Shown here piece after piece: positions 63,076-64,000 of a stretch of 64,000 nt of DNA (position 1 is the first letter of the stretch; the number at the start of each line of letters is the position of its first letter). The stretch is from Candidatus Poribacteria bacterium. Its GTDB lineage: Bacteria > Poribacteria > WGA-4E > JAJDTR01. Below the pieces are notes generated by a model that saw only the letters and a program-made list of their open reading frames with translations, was not told the DNA's origin and made no database searches. The stretch spans positions 608,001 to 672,000 of the forward strand of contig CBDCTK010000002.1 in assembly GCA_965222225.1 (NCBI GenBank). The letters are read 5' to 3'. The translations under genes were made by a program, and so were the position numbers.

Positions 63076-63092
63076 AGCAAAACACTTGCCAA
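63076..63092 (-). promoter_or_regulatory. Sigma54 -24/-12 promoter upstream of nasT
   Basis: TTGGCAAGTGTTTTGCT (GG-N10-GC). Confidence 0.7.
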
Positions 63093-63214
63093 AAGTATGA
63101 ATTCCTGATTTCTTTAGGGTTCATAAAGCTTCTACAAAACAGAAACCCCACGAAACGTCCGTGGGGAGTGAATTTTTGCCTGATTTTTTAGCAGAAAGCG
63201 ACCGTTTTTCCAGC

Positions 63215-63520
63215 GGATAAAGTAAATAGGCGAATTCTTTCGCCTGGATTATTCTCGCGTTACCGGCGTCAAGGTCGTCGGGTTCGGCAAGCCATGCGAT
63301 CGATGCCGCGTAACTCAAATTTAGACCTGACATCTTTTCCACGAATTCACTCACCTTGTCGAAACGTGACTTATGCTCCGCCTTAATCAATTCGCTCCGA
63401 CTCGTATCACGCCTCAGCGCTTCACAGATGTCTTTCCATCGTTCGTCTGTGTAGGATTCCGTCGCCGCCTCCCATGCGCTTCGCCCAGATATTGGTGACG
63501 ATGCCAAGTTTTTCGTACAT
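63215..63520 (-). pseudogene. Truncated, internally deleted paralog of the 54624-55535 isomerase
   Basis: MYEKLGIVTNIWAKRM start, then YTDERWKDICEAL...FAYLL. About 125 bp deleted and the 3' half missing. Confidence 0.85.
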
Positions 63521-63858
63521 GCGGGTCGCCTAAAGCCGTATTTGCCGCGCCGAGAATCTAAAAATTTGAAATTTCATTATTACATAACCTACGAACCGTT
63601 CAAACAGAGAAATCGCGATGTAGTATAGTCTCCACATCCCACCTAGAATCGAGTGGATTGTGGTTGTCCATCAAGATGTCAGACAATTCTGTCTTTGCTG
63701 CCAGCAGGTTGCGCGTCTAGTGTGAAGATAGTACATGAAGATTCACAAAACAATCCGCAACTAAATGTATTGCTAACAGGAAATCGTATGGGGTAAAATA
63801 CATTATAAGCGATACCGTGTCGATACCGTATCTGTCCGTTATTGGAGTTCTACCCGAT

Positions 63859-64000
63859 TTGAAAATTTTAACCAAATATACGCTTAAAGAGTTTTTCCCG
63901 CCCTTTTTCTTAGCGCTGCTCTGTTTTACCTCAATCCTCCTCTTTGACGAAGTATTCCGCCTTACCAAACACTTTGTGAAGAAGGGGATTAGTCCTTACT
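63859..64000 (+). CDS. LptF/LptG family permease, 5' end (runs off the window)
   Basis: TTG start; KILTKYTLKEFFPPFFLALLCFTSILLFDEVFRLTKHFVKKGISPY. Confidence 0.75.
   Translation, partial: MKILTKYTLKEFFPPFFLALLCFTSILLFDEVFRLTKHFVKKGISPY

Noticed and set aside
1-64000. CRISPR array, tRNA or rRNA
   Set aside because: No regularly spaced repeat-spacer run or recognisable structural RNA gene. The 66-bp periodicity near 51-52.7 kb is LRR coding sequence.

Overview
This is a bacterial chromosomal window. The taxon is inferred to be Candidatus Poribacteria-like, based on LRR/cohesin/dockerin proteins with a YPNPFNPETWIPY C-terminal domain, a form II cox cluster and a serpin. It contains: hisI-trpE-(MTase pseudogene)-trpG, preceded by a complete attenuator whose leader peptide reads HHWHWWW; sucC-serpin-pgk-proS-sucD; a defence pair (Type IIG/ISP-like RM broken by one stop codon, plus a 1556-aa SMEK-STAND NTPase); coxSLMG; and a decayed integrase/NrS-1 primase-polymerase element with candidate defence cargo (about 29.4-37.4 kb). 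It also has three tandem secreted diheme cytochrome c-LRR-cohesin-dockerin paralogs with mosaic identity, one split by an IS1595 element, and a nirA-narK-narB nitrate assimilation operon with an intact ANTAR leader but a pseudogenised nasT. Two near-identical IS1595 copies, MITEs, REP-like repeats and many pseudogenes are present. No rRNA, tRNA or CRISPR array was seen. Product calls come from motif recognition only; no searches were run.
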